Assembly (NCBI GenBank): GCA_052388075.1
Contig: JBQTIO010000109.1
Location: forward strand, 1-50,970
DNA: 50,970 bases
Source: Nitrospiraceae bacterium
GTDB lineage: Bacteria > Nitrospirota > Nitrospiria > Nitrospirales > Nitrospiraceae
Direction of reading: 5' to 3'
A program made the translations under genes and the position numbers. A model generated the notes under the pieces. That model was given only the letters and a program-made list of their open reading frames with translations. It searched no databases and was not told the DNA's origin. Within the stretch, counting starts at the first letter, position 1. Every line of letters starts with the position of its first letter. Shown one piece after another: positions 8,642-18,936 of this stretch.

Positions 8642-9976
8642 TCATTCGCCGTAGAGGGTGGCGGCGGAGGCGTCGAAGATATGTTTGACCACGACGGCGC
8701 CCGGGTCAAGAACGTGCCCTGCCTTGTCCCACACAACGGTGAGGTTGCCGTCCGTCTTCCCCATCCCCTGGGTTGACGACCTGGTTGCATCGCCCTCGAT
8801 CAGGACCGCCACATCCTGACCGATGTATCTGCGGTTGCGTTCCAGGGTAATGGCCCGTTGGAGCTCCACCAACGCTGCGACGCGTGCCCCCTTGACGTGA
8901 TCCGGCACGTCGTCCAGGTATCGTCTCGCCGCAATCGTATTTTTCCGTTCGGAGTATTTGAAGATATAGGCGGAGTCGAAGCCGATGCGTTCCACCATCC
9001 GACAGGTGTCCTGAAAATCCCCCTCGGATTCGGAACTGAACCCGCAGATGATATCGGTGGTCAATACGACATCGGGAATGATCCCTCGAATGCGTTCGAC
9101 CAGCGCGAGAAAGTCGACCCCGGTGTAGGCCCGTCCCATCAAGTCGAGGATGCGATCGCTGCCTGCCTGGAGCGGCAGGTGGATGTGCTTGCAGATGTTT
9201 GAATGCTCGGCAATGGCCTTGATCAAGGCAGGAGGAAAATCCTTGGGGTGCGGTGACGTGAAGCGCACGCGCTCGATGCCCGGCGTGTCCGCCACGGCAC
9301 GAATGAGCCGGGCAAAATCCCATTCGGTGGCGCGATAGGAGTTCACATTCTGGCCGAGCAGGGTGATCTGCTTGAATCCGCGGCCGGCCGCCTGACGCGC
9401 TTCGAGCAGGACGGCTTCCGGGTCGCGGGACCGCTCACGCCCCCGGGTATAGGGGACGACGCAGAACGAACAAAAATTATCGCAGCCTCGCATGATGGTA
9501 ATCCAGGCGTTCACCCCGCTGGCGCGGTCCGGCATGATCCCGTCATAGGTTTCATACTCCGACAGATCGAGCGCGAATCCCTTCCGGAGGAACCCTTGTT
9601 CCTGGGCTTCGAGCGCGGACGACAGCAACGCGGGGAGCTGGCGATACGAGTCCGGGCCTGCCAGGACGTCGATCAGCGGCTCCTTTTCCGCCAGTTCGCT
9701 CTTGAGATTCTGAGCCATGCAACCGAGGACGCCGACCACGAGCGGACGGTGCTTCTTGAGTGCTTTCAACTCGCCGAGGTGGGCATAGATCTTATTGTGG
9801 GCGTTCTCGCGGATGGCGCAGGTATTCACCAACACCACGTCGGCCCGTTCGCGCTCCTGCGTGAAGATATACCCCGCTCGTTTCAGCAGTGAACGGACGA
9901 GTTCACTGTCGGACTCGTTCATCTGGCAGCCGAAGGTTTCGATGTGCACCTGAGGAATGGGAGAGCGTGGCATCAT
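8642..9976 (-). CDS. miaB: tRNA-i6A37 methylthiotransferase MiaB
   Basis: ETFGCQMNESDS, NTCAIRENA, radical SAM CDNFCSFC, RFTSPHP, C-terminal TRAM domain; ATG at 9976 overlaps the mtaB stop (ATGA). Confidence 0.92.
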   Translation of the reverse strand: MMPRSPIPQVHIETFGCQMNESDSELVRSLLKRAGYIFTQERERADVVLVNTCAIRENAHNKIYAHLGELKALKKHRPLVVGVLGCMAQNLKSELAEKEPLIDVLAGPDSYRQLPALLSSALEAQEQGFLRKGFALDLSEYETYDGIMPDRASGVNAWITIMRGCDNFCSFCVVPYTRGRERSRDPEAVLLEARQAAGRGFKQITLLGQNVNSYRATEWDFARLIRAVADTPGIERVRFTSPHPKDFPPALIKAIAEHSNICKHIHLPLQAGSDRILDLMGRAYTGVDFLALVERIRGIIPDVVLTTDIICGFSSESEGDFQDTCRMVERIGFDSAYIFKYSERKNTIAARRYLDDVPDHVKGARVAALVELQRAITLERNRRYIGQDVAVLIEGDATRSSTQGMGKTDGNLTVVWDKAGHVLDPGAVVVKHIFDASAATLYGE

Positions 9977-11310
9977 AGTACTGTCAGACGGGGATCTGCC
10001 GGCTGATGGTAAACGGGCCGACCGAATACCCATCGCTCGGTCGCCGCTGCGATGGTGATCGGCAGGATCCGGTTCTGCAGATCGTCGGAGGCGGCCACCG
10101 CCACTCGTGTGAAGTTGGGAGTGGTGCCGAAGCGATACTCCTGCTGCCTTCCTGCCTCGAACAGGGCATGGACAGTGGCGCCGATCTGCGCGTTGTGAAA
10201 AGCGAGACGCTTTGCGCGATCGAGATCATGAAGGAGGCGGACGCGCTTTTTCACGGTAGCGGTCGGCACGGCCCCGTTCAGGCGCGTCGCGGCGGTTCCC
10301 GGTCGCGGAGAGTAGGGAAACACGTGGAGATAGGAGAAGGGAAGCTCGGTCGCGATCGCCGTCGTATTGCGGAACGCGGTTTCCGTCTCGCCGGGAAAGC
10401 CCACCATCAGGTCGGTCCCCAGTCCCAGATTGGGAATTCTGGCGAAGGCCCGCTCGATCAGGCCGACATAGGTTTTGACGGTGTGGCGGCGGTTCATGGC
10501 CAGCAAGATCCGATCATCTCCGCTCTGCAGGGGAAGATGAAGATAGGGACAGAGTTTTGCCGAAGACGCCATGAGATCGAGCAGTTCTTCTGTCACGGTC
10601 GTCGGTTCAATCGAAGAGATGCGGATGCGATCGAGGCCGGCTACGTGATCAAGTCGCCGCAGCAAGGCGCAGAAGTTCCCGCCTGCGCCATCGTAGCGAC
10701 CGATGTTGACCCCCGTCAACACGATCTCGCGATACCCGCGAGCCGCCAGGCTCTCCGCCTCACGCAGGACATCGTCCAGGGTTCTGCTCCGCTCGCGTCC
10801 GCGGGCGAACGGAATAATGCAGAAACTGCACATGGCGCTGCAGCCGTCCTGAATCTTCAACAGGGCACGCGTGGAATCCGGCTCTGCGAAGTGCGGGAGA
10901 TCGAAATCTCCGCCTGGAATCGTCTTGCTGTGGTGGATCTCGGGCCGCGGGCGTTTCTGCAACGCCTGCGCGGCGGGCAGATAGGCCGGCAGGTCGAGTT
11001 TGAACCGGTTGCCGACGATGAGGTCGATGCCGCTCTGGTCTTTAAGCGCTTCGAGGCCCGTTTGGGCGTAGCAGCCGGTGACGGCGACGAAGGCCTCGGG
11101 GGAATGCCTGAGCGTCTTGCGAATGAGGTAGCGTGACGTCCGGTCCGCATCCGCCGTCACCGAACAGGTGTTGAGGACGAGCAGGTCCGTGGGTTGGCCG
11201 AATTCGACGAGCTGGAATCCCTTCTGGCGGAGTCCCTCGCCGAGGATCGACGTTTCGGCGTGATTCAATCGGCATCCCAGCGTATGGAGCGATGCGCGTT
11301 TGGCGATCAT
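9973..11310 (-). CDS. mtaB: tRNA-t6A37 methylthiotransferase MtaB
   Basis: TLGCRLN, NTCSVT, VTGCYAQ, KIQDGCSAMCSFC, RISSIEP and HVFPYSPRPGT motifs. Confidence 0.9.
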   Translation of the reverse strand: MIAKRASLHTLGCRLNHAETSILGEGLRQKGFQLVEFGQPTDLLVLNTCSVTADADRTSRYLIRKTLRHSPEAFVAVTGCYAQTGLEALKDQSGIDLIVGNRFKLDLPAYLPAAQALQKRPRPEIHHSKTIPGGDFDLPHFAEPDSTRALLKIQDGCSAMCSFCIIPFARGRERSRTLDDVLREAESLAARGYREIVLTGVNIGRYDGAGGNFCALLRRLDHVAGLDRIRISSIEPTTVTEELLDLMASSAKLCPYLHLPLQSGDDRILLAMNRRHTVKTYVGLIERAFARIPNLGLGTDLMVGFPGETETAFRNTTAIATELPFSYLHVFPYSPRPGTAATRLNGAVPTATVKKRVRLLHDLDRAKRLAFHNAQIGATVHALFEAGRQQEYRFGTTPNFTRVAVAASDDLQNRILPITIAAATERWVFGRPVYHQPADPRLTVL

Positions 11311-11318
11311 GGCGCGGC

Positions 11319-11348
11319 ATTATAGGAAGATCTCACCGGTTCCGGCAA
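11319..11348 (-). promoter_or_regulatory. Sigma-70 promoter of mtaB-miaB, probably leaderless
   Basis: TTGCCG-N18-TATAAT ending 8 nt before the ATG; no SD. Confidence 0.6.
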
Positions 11349-11386
11349 GGTTCCCGCTCGAGAGGGAGACGCTCCCGGCCCGTTCT

Positions 11387-11415
11387 TTGATTGAAAAATA
11401 GGCGCATGGTAGGAT
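11387..11415 (+). promoter_or_regulatory. Sigma-70 promoter (extended -10)
   Basis: TTGATT-N17-TAGGAT with TG at the extended position. Confidence 0.55.
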
Positions 11416-11457
11416 TCACCGCCTTCTGGGCCTGAACCGCCAGGAGCGGGGACGACC

Positions 11458-11859
11458 ATGCCGGGTTTGCTTTGCCTGCTGCTTCTTGCCGGCCTCGCCT
11501 GGGGCCTTCCATCTCAGGGATGGACCAAGGATCTGCTTCCTGTCGAGCCGGAGCTCAGTACCAGCCTCGATGAGCTCTATGACCACGAGGCCCGCCTCTT
11601 CATCATGCTGTACTCCCTGAAGGGGGATGGCCGAGTTGATTATGTCACCGCCCGGCTGGTCCACGAATACTCCCGCAGCAGGTACGGGAATCCTGTCTAT
11701 CAGACCGAAGCCCAGCCGCTGTTCTATTGGTGGAACCACGCCATGTGGAACGATCCCGAGCAGGACGGGGTGAACGGGAATGAGCGGATCTATCTCGAAG
11801 GGGTCGACTTCGATATTTCGCGCTACAAACCCTGTCGCTTCAACGGGCAGTCCTGTTGA
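11458..11859 (+). CDS. Hypothetical secreted protein
   Basis: Signal peptide; SD AGGAG; aromatic-rich core and C-terminal C-x6-C. Confidence 0.75.
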   Translation: MPGLLCLLLLAGLAWGLPSQGWTKDLLPVEPELSTSLDELYDHEARLFIMLYSLKGDGRVDYVTARLVHEYSRSRYGNPVYQTEAQPLFYWWNHAMWNDPEQDGVNGNERIYLEGVDFDISRYKPCRFNGQSC

Positions 11860-12028
11860 GCCCGTACGCACACCGGCGCAAAAGCGAGGAGGTACTATCC
11901 CGCACGTTTTGTGATTCTGCTGATGAAGTGGCCAGAGGCGATGTTATTCTCCGCACGGGGGGATTGTCTGCGCGATCGCGCGCCGCCGTCCGCCGCCATG
12001 GATCCCGCGTCCATGTGAGTGCACCCGA

Positions 12029-13294
12029 ATGAACGAACGCGCCGCCGGTCTTGCCGCCCTGCTCAATCGACGTCTGGCCGTCATGCTGCCTCTGGGCTTC
12101 GCGTCCGGCCTTCCGCTTGCGCTCACAGCAGGCACCTTGCAGGCCTGGCTTGCCGCAGAGGGGGTTGATCTCAAGACGATCGGCATCTTCACGCTGGTTG
12201 GGCTTCCTTACACCCTGAAATTTCTCTGGGCGCCGCTCATGGATCGGATCGTTCCGCCCTGGTTCGGGCGGCGACGTGGATGGATGTTGTTGACCCAGCT
12301 TTGTGTCGCAATGGGGCTGGGGCTCATGGCGATGGCCGAACCGCGCGTTCACCCGGAATGGCTTGCCGCCTGCGCGCTGTTGGTCGCATTCTGCTCCGCC
12401 TCACTGGACATCGTCTTTGATGCCTACCGGACGGATACCCTCCACGCGCATGAGCGCGGATTGGGCGCGGCGGTGTGGGTGAATGGGTATCGGGTGGCCC
12501 TTCTGGTTGCCGGAGCCGGTGCCTTGATGATGGCTGATACCATCGGTTGGCAGCTGACGTACCTTGCGATGGCCGTGGTCATGGTGGCCGGACTCGGAAT
12601 TATCATGCTGAGCCCGGATCCCACGCGCGCGGCCGATCCTCCCAAGAGTCTCGGTGAGGCTGTGGGGGCGCCGCTCGAGGAATTCTTCTCTCGCCCGCAG
12701 GCCATCGGATTTCTGGCCGTCATCATTCTGTATAAGCTGGGAGATGCCGTCGCGTCTTCTCTCCAGACCGCGTTCTTGATCGGGGGCATCGGGTTTTCAC
12801 CGACGGAGGTGGGGTCGGTCAAGGGCGTCGGAATTTTTGCGACGCTTCTCGGTGCGCTGCTCGGAGGTCTCATGATGGCCAGGTCCGGGCTCGTGCCCTC
12901 GTTGCTGGGATTCGGCATACTGCAGGCCGCTTCCAACATGGGATTTGTCTGGTTGGCGGCGGTGGGGAAGAGTTCGGCGGTGCTCATGACGGCAGTGGTG
13001 ATTGAGAATATCACCGGCGGGATGGGCACAGCCGCATTTGTGGCCCTGGTCATGTCGCTCTGTGACGTGCGGTATACCGCTACGCAATTTGCACTGTTGT
13101 CCTCCCTGGAGGCACTGGGGCGGGTGTTTGTCGGCCGCCCATCGGCCGATGTGGTCGCTGCGGTGGGGTGGACGCAGTTTTTTGTGCTGAGTGTGGTGGT
13201 CGCTCTGCCGGGGCTGTGGGCTGTCTGGCGGCTCAGGCACCAGATAGAGCAGAAGCAACAGGGTGGGGGGCGTGGGTTCGTCCACGCAGCGTGA
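12029..13294 (+). CDS. ampG: Muropeptide MFS transporter AmpG
   Basis: LGFASGLP, LPYTLKFLWAPLMD, GRRRGW, DAYR, YKLGD and YTATQFALLSSL motifs. Confidence 0.92.
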   Translation: MNERAAGLAALLNRRLAVMLPLGFASGLPLALTAGTLQAWLAAEGVDLKTIGIFTLVGLPYTLKFLWAPLMDRIVPPWFGRRRGWMLLTQLCVAMGLGLMAMAEPRVHPEWLAACALLVAFCSASLDIVFDAYRTDTLHAHERGLGAAVWVNGYRVALLVAGAGALMMADTIGWQLTYLAMAVVMVAGLGIIMLSPDPTRAADPPKSLGEAVGAPLEEFFSRPQAIGFLAVIILYKLGDAVASSLQTAFLIGGIGFSPTEVGSVKGVGIFATLLGALLGGLMMARSGLVPSLLGFGILQAASNMGFVWLAAVGKSSAVLMTAVVIENITGGMGTAAFVALVMSLCDVRYTATQFALLSSLEALGRVFVGRPSADVVAAVGWTQFFVLSVVVALPGLWAVWRLRHQIEQKQQGGGRGFVHAA

Positions 13295-13344
13295 AGTCTG
13301 ATGCCAGGCCGCCAGCTAAATAAGCGGAGGTCCCTGAGGGCACC

Positions 13345-13716
13345 ATGAGTCTTCTGCGGTTGTGCCTCGTGGTCATGGCGCTGGCGGGAGCGGTGGGGTT
13401 GGCCTTGACGAATCCGACCCTGGATGACTACCTACGGTTTATTGAGGTGGAATTGAACAACGCCCTCGACCGGATGGATCAGAGCACACCCACCAGGGAA
13501 CAGCAATTTATCCGGCAGGTTTTTCGTTCGCAGAGCAAGAAACTAATCGAGAGCGTCGTCCGCCCGGCTACGGTGAGAGACAACTGGGGCGTCTTGAGCC
13601 GATATGAGACGCAGGTCGCTGGCACGCGGGTCGTCGTATTGGGAATCGGCCGTCGATTTGTCCCGATAGAAGGCGTCGAGGAAGCGACCCTGAAAATCGG
13701 ACGAATGGCCTTCTGA
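13345..13716 (+). CDS. DUF4359-like membrane-anchored protein
   Basis: N-terminal hydrophobic helix followed by TNP..DDY, and a C-terminal LGI..RFVP pattern. Confidence 0.65.
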   Translation: MSLLRLCLVVMALAGAVGLALTNPTLDDYLRFIEVELNNALDRMDQSTPTREQQFIRQVFRSQSKKLIESVVRPATVRDNWGVLSRYETQVAGTRVVVLGIGRRFVPIEGVEEATLKIGRMAF

Positions 13717-13859
13717 GCGAGTCTGCATGAACGAAATAGCGGAAACTGGGCATGCTTCGACTCCGGTTTCTGGGGATAACCGGCGCAGAATAGGTCTGGT
13801 CTGGCTCCGCGCTTCATTCTGAAGCTATCCACAGGGTTTCCCCCCATTCCCCAGCGAAT

Positions 13860-13907
13860 CCACAATATTTGGTATTGACAAAATTACCGGATAGCTATAT
13901 GTAGTCA
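13860..13907 (+). promoter_or_regulatory. Tandem NrdR boxes overlapping the nrdJ promoter
   Basis: CCACAATATTTGGTAT (13860-13875) and TAGCTATATGTAGTCA (13892-13907) match acaCwAtATaTwGtgt, 32 bp apart, flanking a perfect -35 TTGACA (13875-13880). Confidence 0.8.
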
Positions 13908-14009
13908 CTCCGCGATGCCTAGAGACTGCTTCTGGCATCCGAAGAGTAGACCGTTTTAGGGTCTGAGGTCGGCCGTCCGCATACCCATACCTCTCAAAGG
14001 AGGAGCGCT

Positions 14010-17000
14010 GTGAGAGTTGAGCGCAGGTTCACCCGTCGCGGCCAGGGCCCCTACGACGGGCTCACATTCGTCACGCGGTCATCCGAGATTCGCAACCCGG
14101 ATGGATCCACCGTATTCAAGCTCGACAACATCGATGTACCAGAACAATGGTCTCAGCTTGCCGTCGACATCTTGGCCCAGAAGTACTTCCGGAAAGCCGG
14201 AGTTCCCCAGCTCGATCAGAACGGACGACCACTCGCCGGTCCTGACGGTAAACCCCTGCTGGGGGGCGAGCGGGATGCGCGGCAGGTGTTCGATCGAATG
14301 GTGGGATGCTGGAAGCACTGGGGTCAATCGTACGGCTATTTCAAGACATCGGACGACGCCGAGTCCTTTCATGACGAGATGTGTCATATGCTCGCCCGCC
14401 AAATGGCGGCACCTAACTCTCCGCAATGGTTCAACACCGGCCTTCACTACGCCTACGGATTGTCCGGGCCAGCCCAGGGCCACTATTACGTCGATCCGAA
14501 AACCCGTGAACTGGTCAAGGCCACGAATGCGTTCGAGCACCCCCAGCCCCACGCCTGCTTCATCCAGTCGATTGAAGACGATCTGGTGAACGAGAACGGG
14601 ATCATGGATCTCTGGGCCCGGGAGGCACGGCTGTTCAAATACGGTTCCGGGACCGGGACCAATTTCTCCAAGCTGCGCGGAGACGGGGAGAACCTGTCCG
14701 GCGGAGGACGCTCCTCTGGTCTCATGTCCTTCCTCAAGATCGGCGACCGGGCCGCGGGGGCGATCAAGTCCGGAGGCACCACCCGCCGCGCCGCCAAGAT
14801 GGTCTGTCTGGATCTGGACCATCCCGACATCGAAGAATTTATCGATTGGAAAGTAGTTGAGGAGCAAAAAGTCGCGGCCATGGTCACGGGGTCGAAGATC
14901 TGTGCTCAACGCCTGAATGCCGTGCTGAAGGCCTGTCATACTGTCGACAGCGAGGGTCGACTGAAACCGGACCTCGATCCGAAGATGAACCCGGTGTTGC
15001 GCGAAGCGGTGGCGCTGGCCCGGCGGGATATGGTCCCCGAGGCTTATGTCCAACGGATGTTTTCCTACGCGCAGCAGGGTTTTACGCATTTCGTGTTCCA
15101 CGAATACGACACGAATTGGGACGGCAAGGCCTATCAGACCGTCTCCGGTCAGAATTCGAACAACAGCGTCCGAATCCCCAACGAGTTTTTCACGGCGCTC
15201 GAGGCCGACGGCGACTGGCAACTGAAACGGCGCACGAGCGGCACGGTCTGCAAGACCGTCAAGGCCCGCGATCTGTGGGACCGCATCGCCTGGGCGGCGT
15301 GGATTTGCGCCGATCCGGGCACCCAGTACGACAGCACCATCAATGAGTGGCACACCTGCCCTGAGGACGGCCGCATTCGCGCCTCCAATCCGTGCTCGGA
15401 ATACATGTTCCTGGACGACACAGCCTGTAATTTGGCCTCTCTAAATCTCGCTACGTTCTATACTGCGGATGGCCAGTTCGAACTGGAGAATTTTCGCCAT
15501 GCCGTGCGCTTGTGGACGATTGCACTGGAGATCAGCGTGTTGATGGCCTCCTTTCCCAGTCGATCCATTGCCGAGAAGAGTTATCACTTCCGTACGCTCG
15601 GATTGGGCTATGCTAACCTGGGAACCGTCCTCATGCGGCAGGGAATTCCCTATGATTCGCCGAAGGCGCTGGCGATCTGCGGCGCGCTCACCGCGATCAT
15701 GACGGGGGAGGCCTACAGCGCGTCCGCCGAAATGGCCGCGGAGTTATGGCCGTTCCCCGGCTACCCCAAGAACCGCGATCACATGTTGCGGGTGATCCGT
15801 AATCACCGCCGGGCGGCCTACAATGCCCATCGCGAGGAATATGAGGGACTCACGATTCTCCCCGTGGGGATTCAACCGGAGAATTGCCCGCCTGATTTGC
15901 TCATCGCCGCGCGCCGCGCATGGGATCGCGCGCTCGAACTCGGGACGGCCTACGGGTTTCGTAATGCGCAAGTGACGGTCGTTGCTCCCACGGGCACGAT
16001 CGGCCTGGTCATGGATTGTGACACGACCGGCATCGAGCCTGACTTTGCGCTGGTGAAATTCAAGAAGTTGGCCGGCGGCGGATACTTCAAAATCATCAAT
16101 CAAAGTCTGCCGGCGGCATTGGCCACGCTGGGATACACGGCCGAACAGGTGCAGGATATCGTGCGCTATTGCGTGGGGGCGCAGACTCTCAAGGGTGCGC
16201 CGTTTATCAACCACGAGTCCTTACGCGCGAGAGGATTCGACGACGCCTCGCTGGATCGCTTGGAAAGCAGTCTCGCGCAAGCGTTTGAAATCCAGTTCGT
16301 GTTCAACAAGTTTACTTTCGGGGAAACCTTTTGTTCGGAAAAGCTGGGATTTACCGAGGCGCAGTTGAACGAGGTCAACTTCAACATGTTGAAGACCTTC
16401 GGCTTCACGCAAGAAGAGATCGTGGCGGCCAACGATTTCTGTTGCGGCACGATGACGGTGGAGGGTGCGCCGCATCTGAAGGACGAACACCTGGCTGTGT
16501 TCGACTGCGCCAGTCGCTGCGGACGAATCGGGCAGCGCTACATCGCCGTTGACGCCCACATCCGCATGATGGCCGCGGCGCAGCCGTTTATCAGCGGCGC
16601 GATCAGCAAGACGATCAATATGCCCGGCGATGCCACGGTCGAAGCTGTCAAGGCGGCCTATCTGTTGGCGTGGAAGAGCATGATCAAGGCAGTGGCGCTC
16701 TACCGTGACGGATCGAAGCTCAGCCAGCCGTTGAGCGCCTCCACCGATAGCGGCAAGGCGGTGGAGGTCTCCAGTGACGTCATGGCGACGGCCGAGAAAG
16801 TCACCGAGCGGGTTCTCGTGCGGTATCTCGCCAAGCGGCGCCCGCTGCCGAGCAGGCGAAATGGGTACACGCAGAAAGCCATTATCGGCGGGCATAAGCT
16901 CTACCTGCGCACCGGGGAATATGAGGATGGGACGGCCGGGGAGATCTTCCTGGATATGCACAAGGAAGGCGCGGCCTTCCGAAGCCTGATGAATTGCTTT

Positions 17001-17537
17001 GCGATCGCCATTTCCTTGGGGCTGCAGCATGGCGTGCCGCTGGAGGAGTTTGTCGAGGCGTTTGTCTTCACCCGGTTCGAGCCCAATGGTCCGGTCAAGT
17101 TGAACGATCGCATTAAGATGTCCACGTCCATCATCGACTACATCTTCCGTGAATTGGCCGTGACGTACCTCGACCGCTACGACCTGGCGCAAGTCAAGGA
17201 AGATGATCTCCGGATGGATTCGATGAAGAAAGACGAGTTGGACCCCGAATGCGTCGAGGAGGAGGCCGACCTGGACGCGCTGGCCAAGTCGTCGGTGATT
17301 ACGGAGCATCTCCCCATTCGTCGGAACAGTGGGAAGAGGAATGCTCATGGCAACGGGCACAGCCTTGCCCGGCAGGTCGAAATTATGCGCGAGACGCTGA
17401 CGCTGACCGAGGTGCAAAGCGCCAAGGTGAAGGGCTACGAGGGGGACCCCTGTCCTGAATGCAAACAGTTCACGATGGTTCGGAATGGGACCTGTCTCAA
17501 ATGCGTCAGTTGCGGTGCCACCAGTGGATGCTCATGA
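14010..17537 (+). CDS. nrdJ: Vitamin B12-dependent (class II) ribonucleotide reductase
   Basis: [42 protein letters not shown]; TSCPD-like region and C-terminal [18 protein letters not shown]; GTG start with SD AGGAGG. Confidence 0.96.
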   Translation: MRVERRFTRRGQGPYDGLTFVTRSSEIRNPDGSTVFKLDNIDVPEQWSQLAVDILAQKYFRKAGVPQLDQNGRPLAGPDGKPLLGGERDARQVFDRMVGCWKHWGQSYGYFKTSDDAESFHDEMCHMLARQMAAPNSPQWFNTGLHYAYGLSGPAQGHYYVDPKTRELVKATNAFEHPQPHACFIQSIEDDLVNENGIMDLWAREARLFKYGSGTGTNFSKLRGDGENLSGGGRSSGLMSFLKIGDRAAGAIKSGGTTRRAAKMVCLDLDHPDIEEFIDWKVVEEQKVAAMVTGSKICAQRLNAVLKACHTVDSEGRLKPDLDPKMNPVLREAVALARRDMVPEAYVQRMFSYAQQGFTHFVFHEYDTNWDGKAYQTVSGQNSNNSVRIPNEFFTALEADGDWQLKRRTSGTVCKTVKARDLWDRIAWAAWICADPGTQYDSTINEWHTCPEDGRIRASNPCSEYMFLDDTACNLASLNLATFYTADGQFELENFRHAVRLWTIALEISVLMASFPSRSIAEKSYHFRTLGLGYANLGTVLMRQGIPYDSPKALAICGALTAIMTGEAYSASAEMAAELWPFPGYPKNRDHMLRVIRNHRRAAYNAHREEYEGLTILPVGIQPENCPPDLLIAARRAWDRALELGTAYGFRNAQVTVVAPTGTIGLVMDCDTTGIEPDFALVKFKKLAGGGYFKIINQSLPAALATLGYTAEQVQDIVRYCVGAQTLKGAPFINHESLRARGFDDASLDRLESSLAQAFEIQFVFNKFTFGETFCSEKLGFTEAQLNEVNFNMLKTFGFTQEEIVAANDFCCGTMTVEGAPHLKDEHLAVFDCASRCGRIGQRYIAVDAHIRMMAAAQPFISGAISKTINMPGDATVEAVKAAYLLAWKSMIKAVALYRDGSKLSQPLSASTDSGKAVEVSSDVMATAEKVTERVLVRYLAKRRPLPSRRNGYTQKAIIGGHKLYLRTGEYEDGTAGEIFLDMHKEGAAFRSLMNCFAIAISLGLQHGVPLEEFVEAFVFTRFEPNGPVKLNDRIKMSTSIIDYIFRELAVTYLDRYDLAQVKEDDLRMDSMKKDELDPECVEEEADLDALAKSSVITEHLPIRRNSGKRNAHGNGHSLARQVEIMRETLTLTEVQSAKVKGYEGDPCPECKQFTMVRNGTCLKCVSCGATSGCS

Positions 17538-17552
17538 ACGTGTGAAGGTGCC

Positions 17553-17960
17553 ATGAGTACGATCCTGCGCGAACAGGGTATTCGGACGATTCACGACCAG
17601 GTGGTGAGCGAAGTCGCGCAACGCTGGGCCAAGGCCTTTCACTGCAAGGTGACCATTAAGACGAGCCTCGATCAGAATCCCTGGGCCGATCCCAAGCAGC
17701 TTTCCGACATCGTCGGATGGTACTTTAGCCCGCAGGGAAACAGCATGGAATGGATGGCCGAGGTCGAGACGGAGGATACGCTTTCAGATCCGGCCACGTT
17801 CAGCAGATGGCAGCGGGCTGCCGTCCCGGGTACTCCGATGTACCTCCTGATTCCAAGGGGCAATGTGAACGTCGCGCAGAAGCTGGCCGCCGCTGCTGGA
17901 GTGCGGTTTACCGGTATCTATCAGTACAGTTTTTTCAACGGAGTCGTTCAGATCCTGTGA
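17553..17960 (+). CDS. Hypothetical protein, possible PD-(D/E)xK-like fold
   Basis: 15 bp after the nrdJ stop; SD GAAGGTG; H..V...SDIV...AEVET pattern. Confidence 0.7.
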   Translation: MSTILREQGIRTIHDQVVSEVAQRWAKAFHCKVTIKTSLDQNPWADPKQLSDIVGWYFSPQGNSMEWMAEVETEDTLSDPATFSRWQRAAVPGTPMYLLIPRGNVNVAQKLAAAAGVRFTGIYQYSFFNGVVQIL

Positions 17961-18044
17961 TGTCTGTGGGCGTGGCCCTGTTCGCCGCTCAGAGATCGAT
18001 CGGGACGATTCTTTGAGGACACATCAGATTTCAGAGGTAGTTCG

Positions 18045-18404
18045 ATGAGTTTTCTGGATTTGCTTCCTCAGATCAGCATTCCCCCCATGGAGGCCAGGGG
18101 GCTGGATGATCCGGCTCTGGCCAGACGATTTGCCGACCGCCTGAAAAATCGCTTGGCAGACATGCAGCGGGACCTGCAGGACGATGAGCAGCTGGAGGTC
18201 GTTGCCTTTCTGCCGTCGGGAGCGGCGGTGATGGTGGATGCCGTGGGGTATCAAAGTCCGGCTTTGATCATCCTGAGAGGACAGGAACAGGTCTCTGGAA
18301 AAACATGCGCGATCCTCGTCCATCAGTCGTCGTTGCAGCTCTTGGTCTCCATCGAGAAAGTTGCGGTTGGGCAGATCCCCAGAGTGATTCTCCTCGAGCT
18401 ATAG
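18045..18404 (+). CDS. DUF6173-like hypothetical protein
   Basis: SD GAGGT; the pattern L..DEQL...VGY..P.LIILRG...G....LVHQS.LQLL resembles DUF6173 (recalled from memory). Confidence 0.65.
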   Translation: MSFLDLLPQISIPPMEARGLDDPALARRFADRLKNRLADMQRDLQDDEQLEVVAFLPSGAAVMVDAVGYQSPALIILRGQEQVSGKTCAILVHQSSLQLLVSIEKVAVGQIPRVILLEL

Positions 18405-18522
18405 TGGCCATCGGGGATGCCTTCTGTGCTAGGATGTAAGAACATGCGTTTCGGTCTATCGAGACCGCCGCTGCCCGCAGAAGGGCTGAGTGGACTAGCC
18501 GGTTGATGGAGAGCCAGTCGAC

Positions 18523-18933
18523 ATGCCCACAACGACACAGCTTGTAATCAGCGGGCAGAGTAAGCCGGGAGTGCTCGCCGAAGTGGCGTCCGTACTCGGA
18601 AGGGCGGGAGTCAATATCAAGGCGTTTTCTGCTCCTGAAGTCACAGGCACCGGGAAGCTCCGCCTGCTTGTCGCGGACCTGGACGGGGCCCGATCAGCCC
18701 TTCGGGAGGCGAAGATCAAGTTCGTGGAGGAAACGGCTCTCCTGCTCAGCCTTGAGAACAAGCCGGGCGCGTTAAAGGAGGTGGCCGATCTCCTGACAAA
18801 GAGCCGGATCAACGTCAAGTGCGGCTACTGTACGCCTTCGCGGGAAGGCAAGCGGGCCATTGTGGTTTTGACGGTCTCCAATACCGAGAAAGCCCTCACG
18901 ATTCTCCGTAACCAATCGCTTGATGAGTTTTAG
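18523..18933 (+). CDS. Tandem ACT-domain protein
   Basis: Two repeats: SKPGVLAEV..LGRAGVNI and NKPGALKEV..L.KSRINV. Confidence 0.85.
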   Translation: MPTTTQLVISGQSKPGVLAEVASVLGRAGVNIKAFSAPEVTGTGKLRLLVADLDGARSALREAKIKFVEETALLLSLENKPGALKEVADLLTKSRINVKCGYCTPSREGKRAIVVLTVSNTEKALTILRNQSLDEF

Positions 18934-18936
18934 TCG

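Noticed and set aside
10006-11136. Long antisense ORFs (also 14079-15353, 16221-17417, 27427-28701, 35385-36581 and others)
   Set aside because: They mirror well-supported genes on the opposite strand, as expected from high-GC codon bias, and show no protein motifs.
13908-14009. Cobalamin riboswitch in the nrdJ leader
   Set aside because: Only a small hairpin (GATGCC...GGCATC) is present; the leader is short and has no B12-box or other cobalamin-riboswitch consensus.
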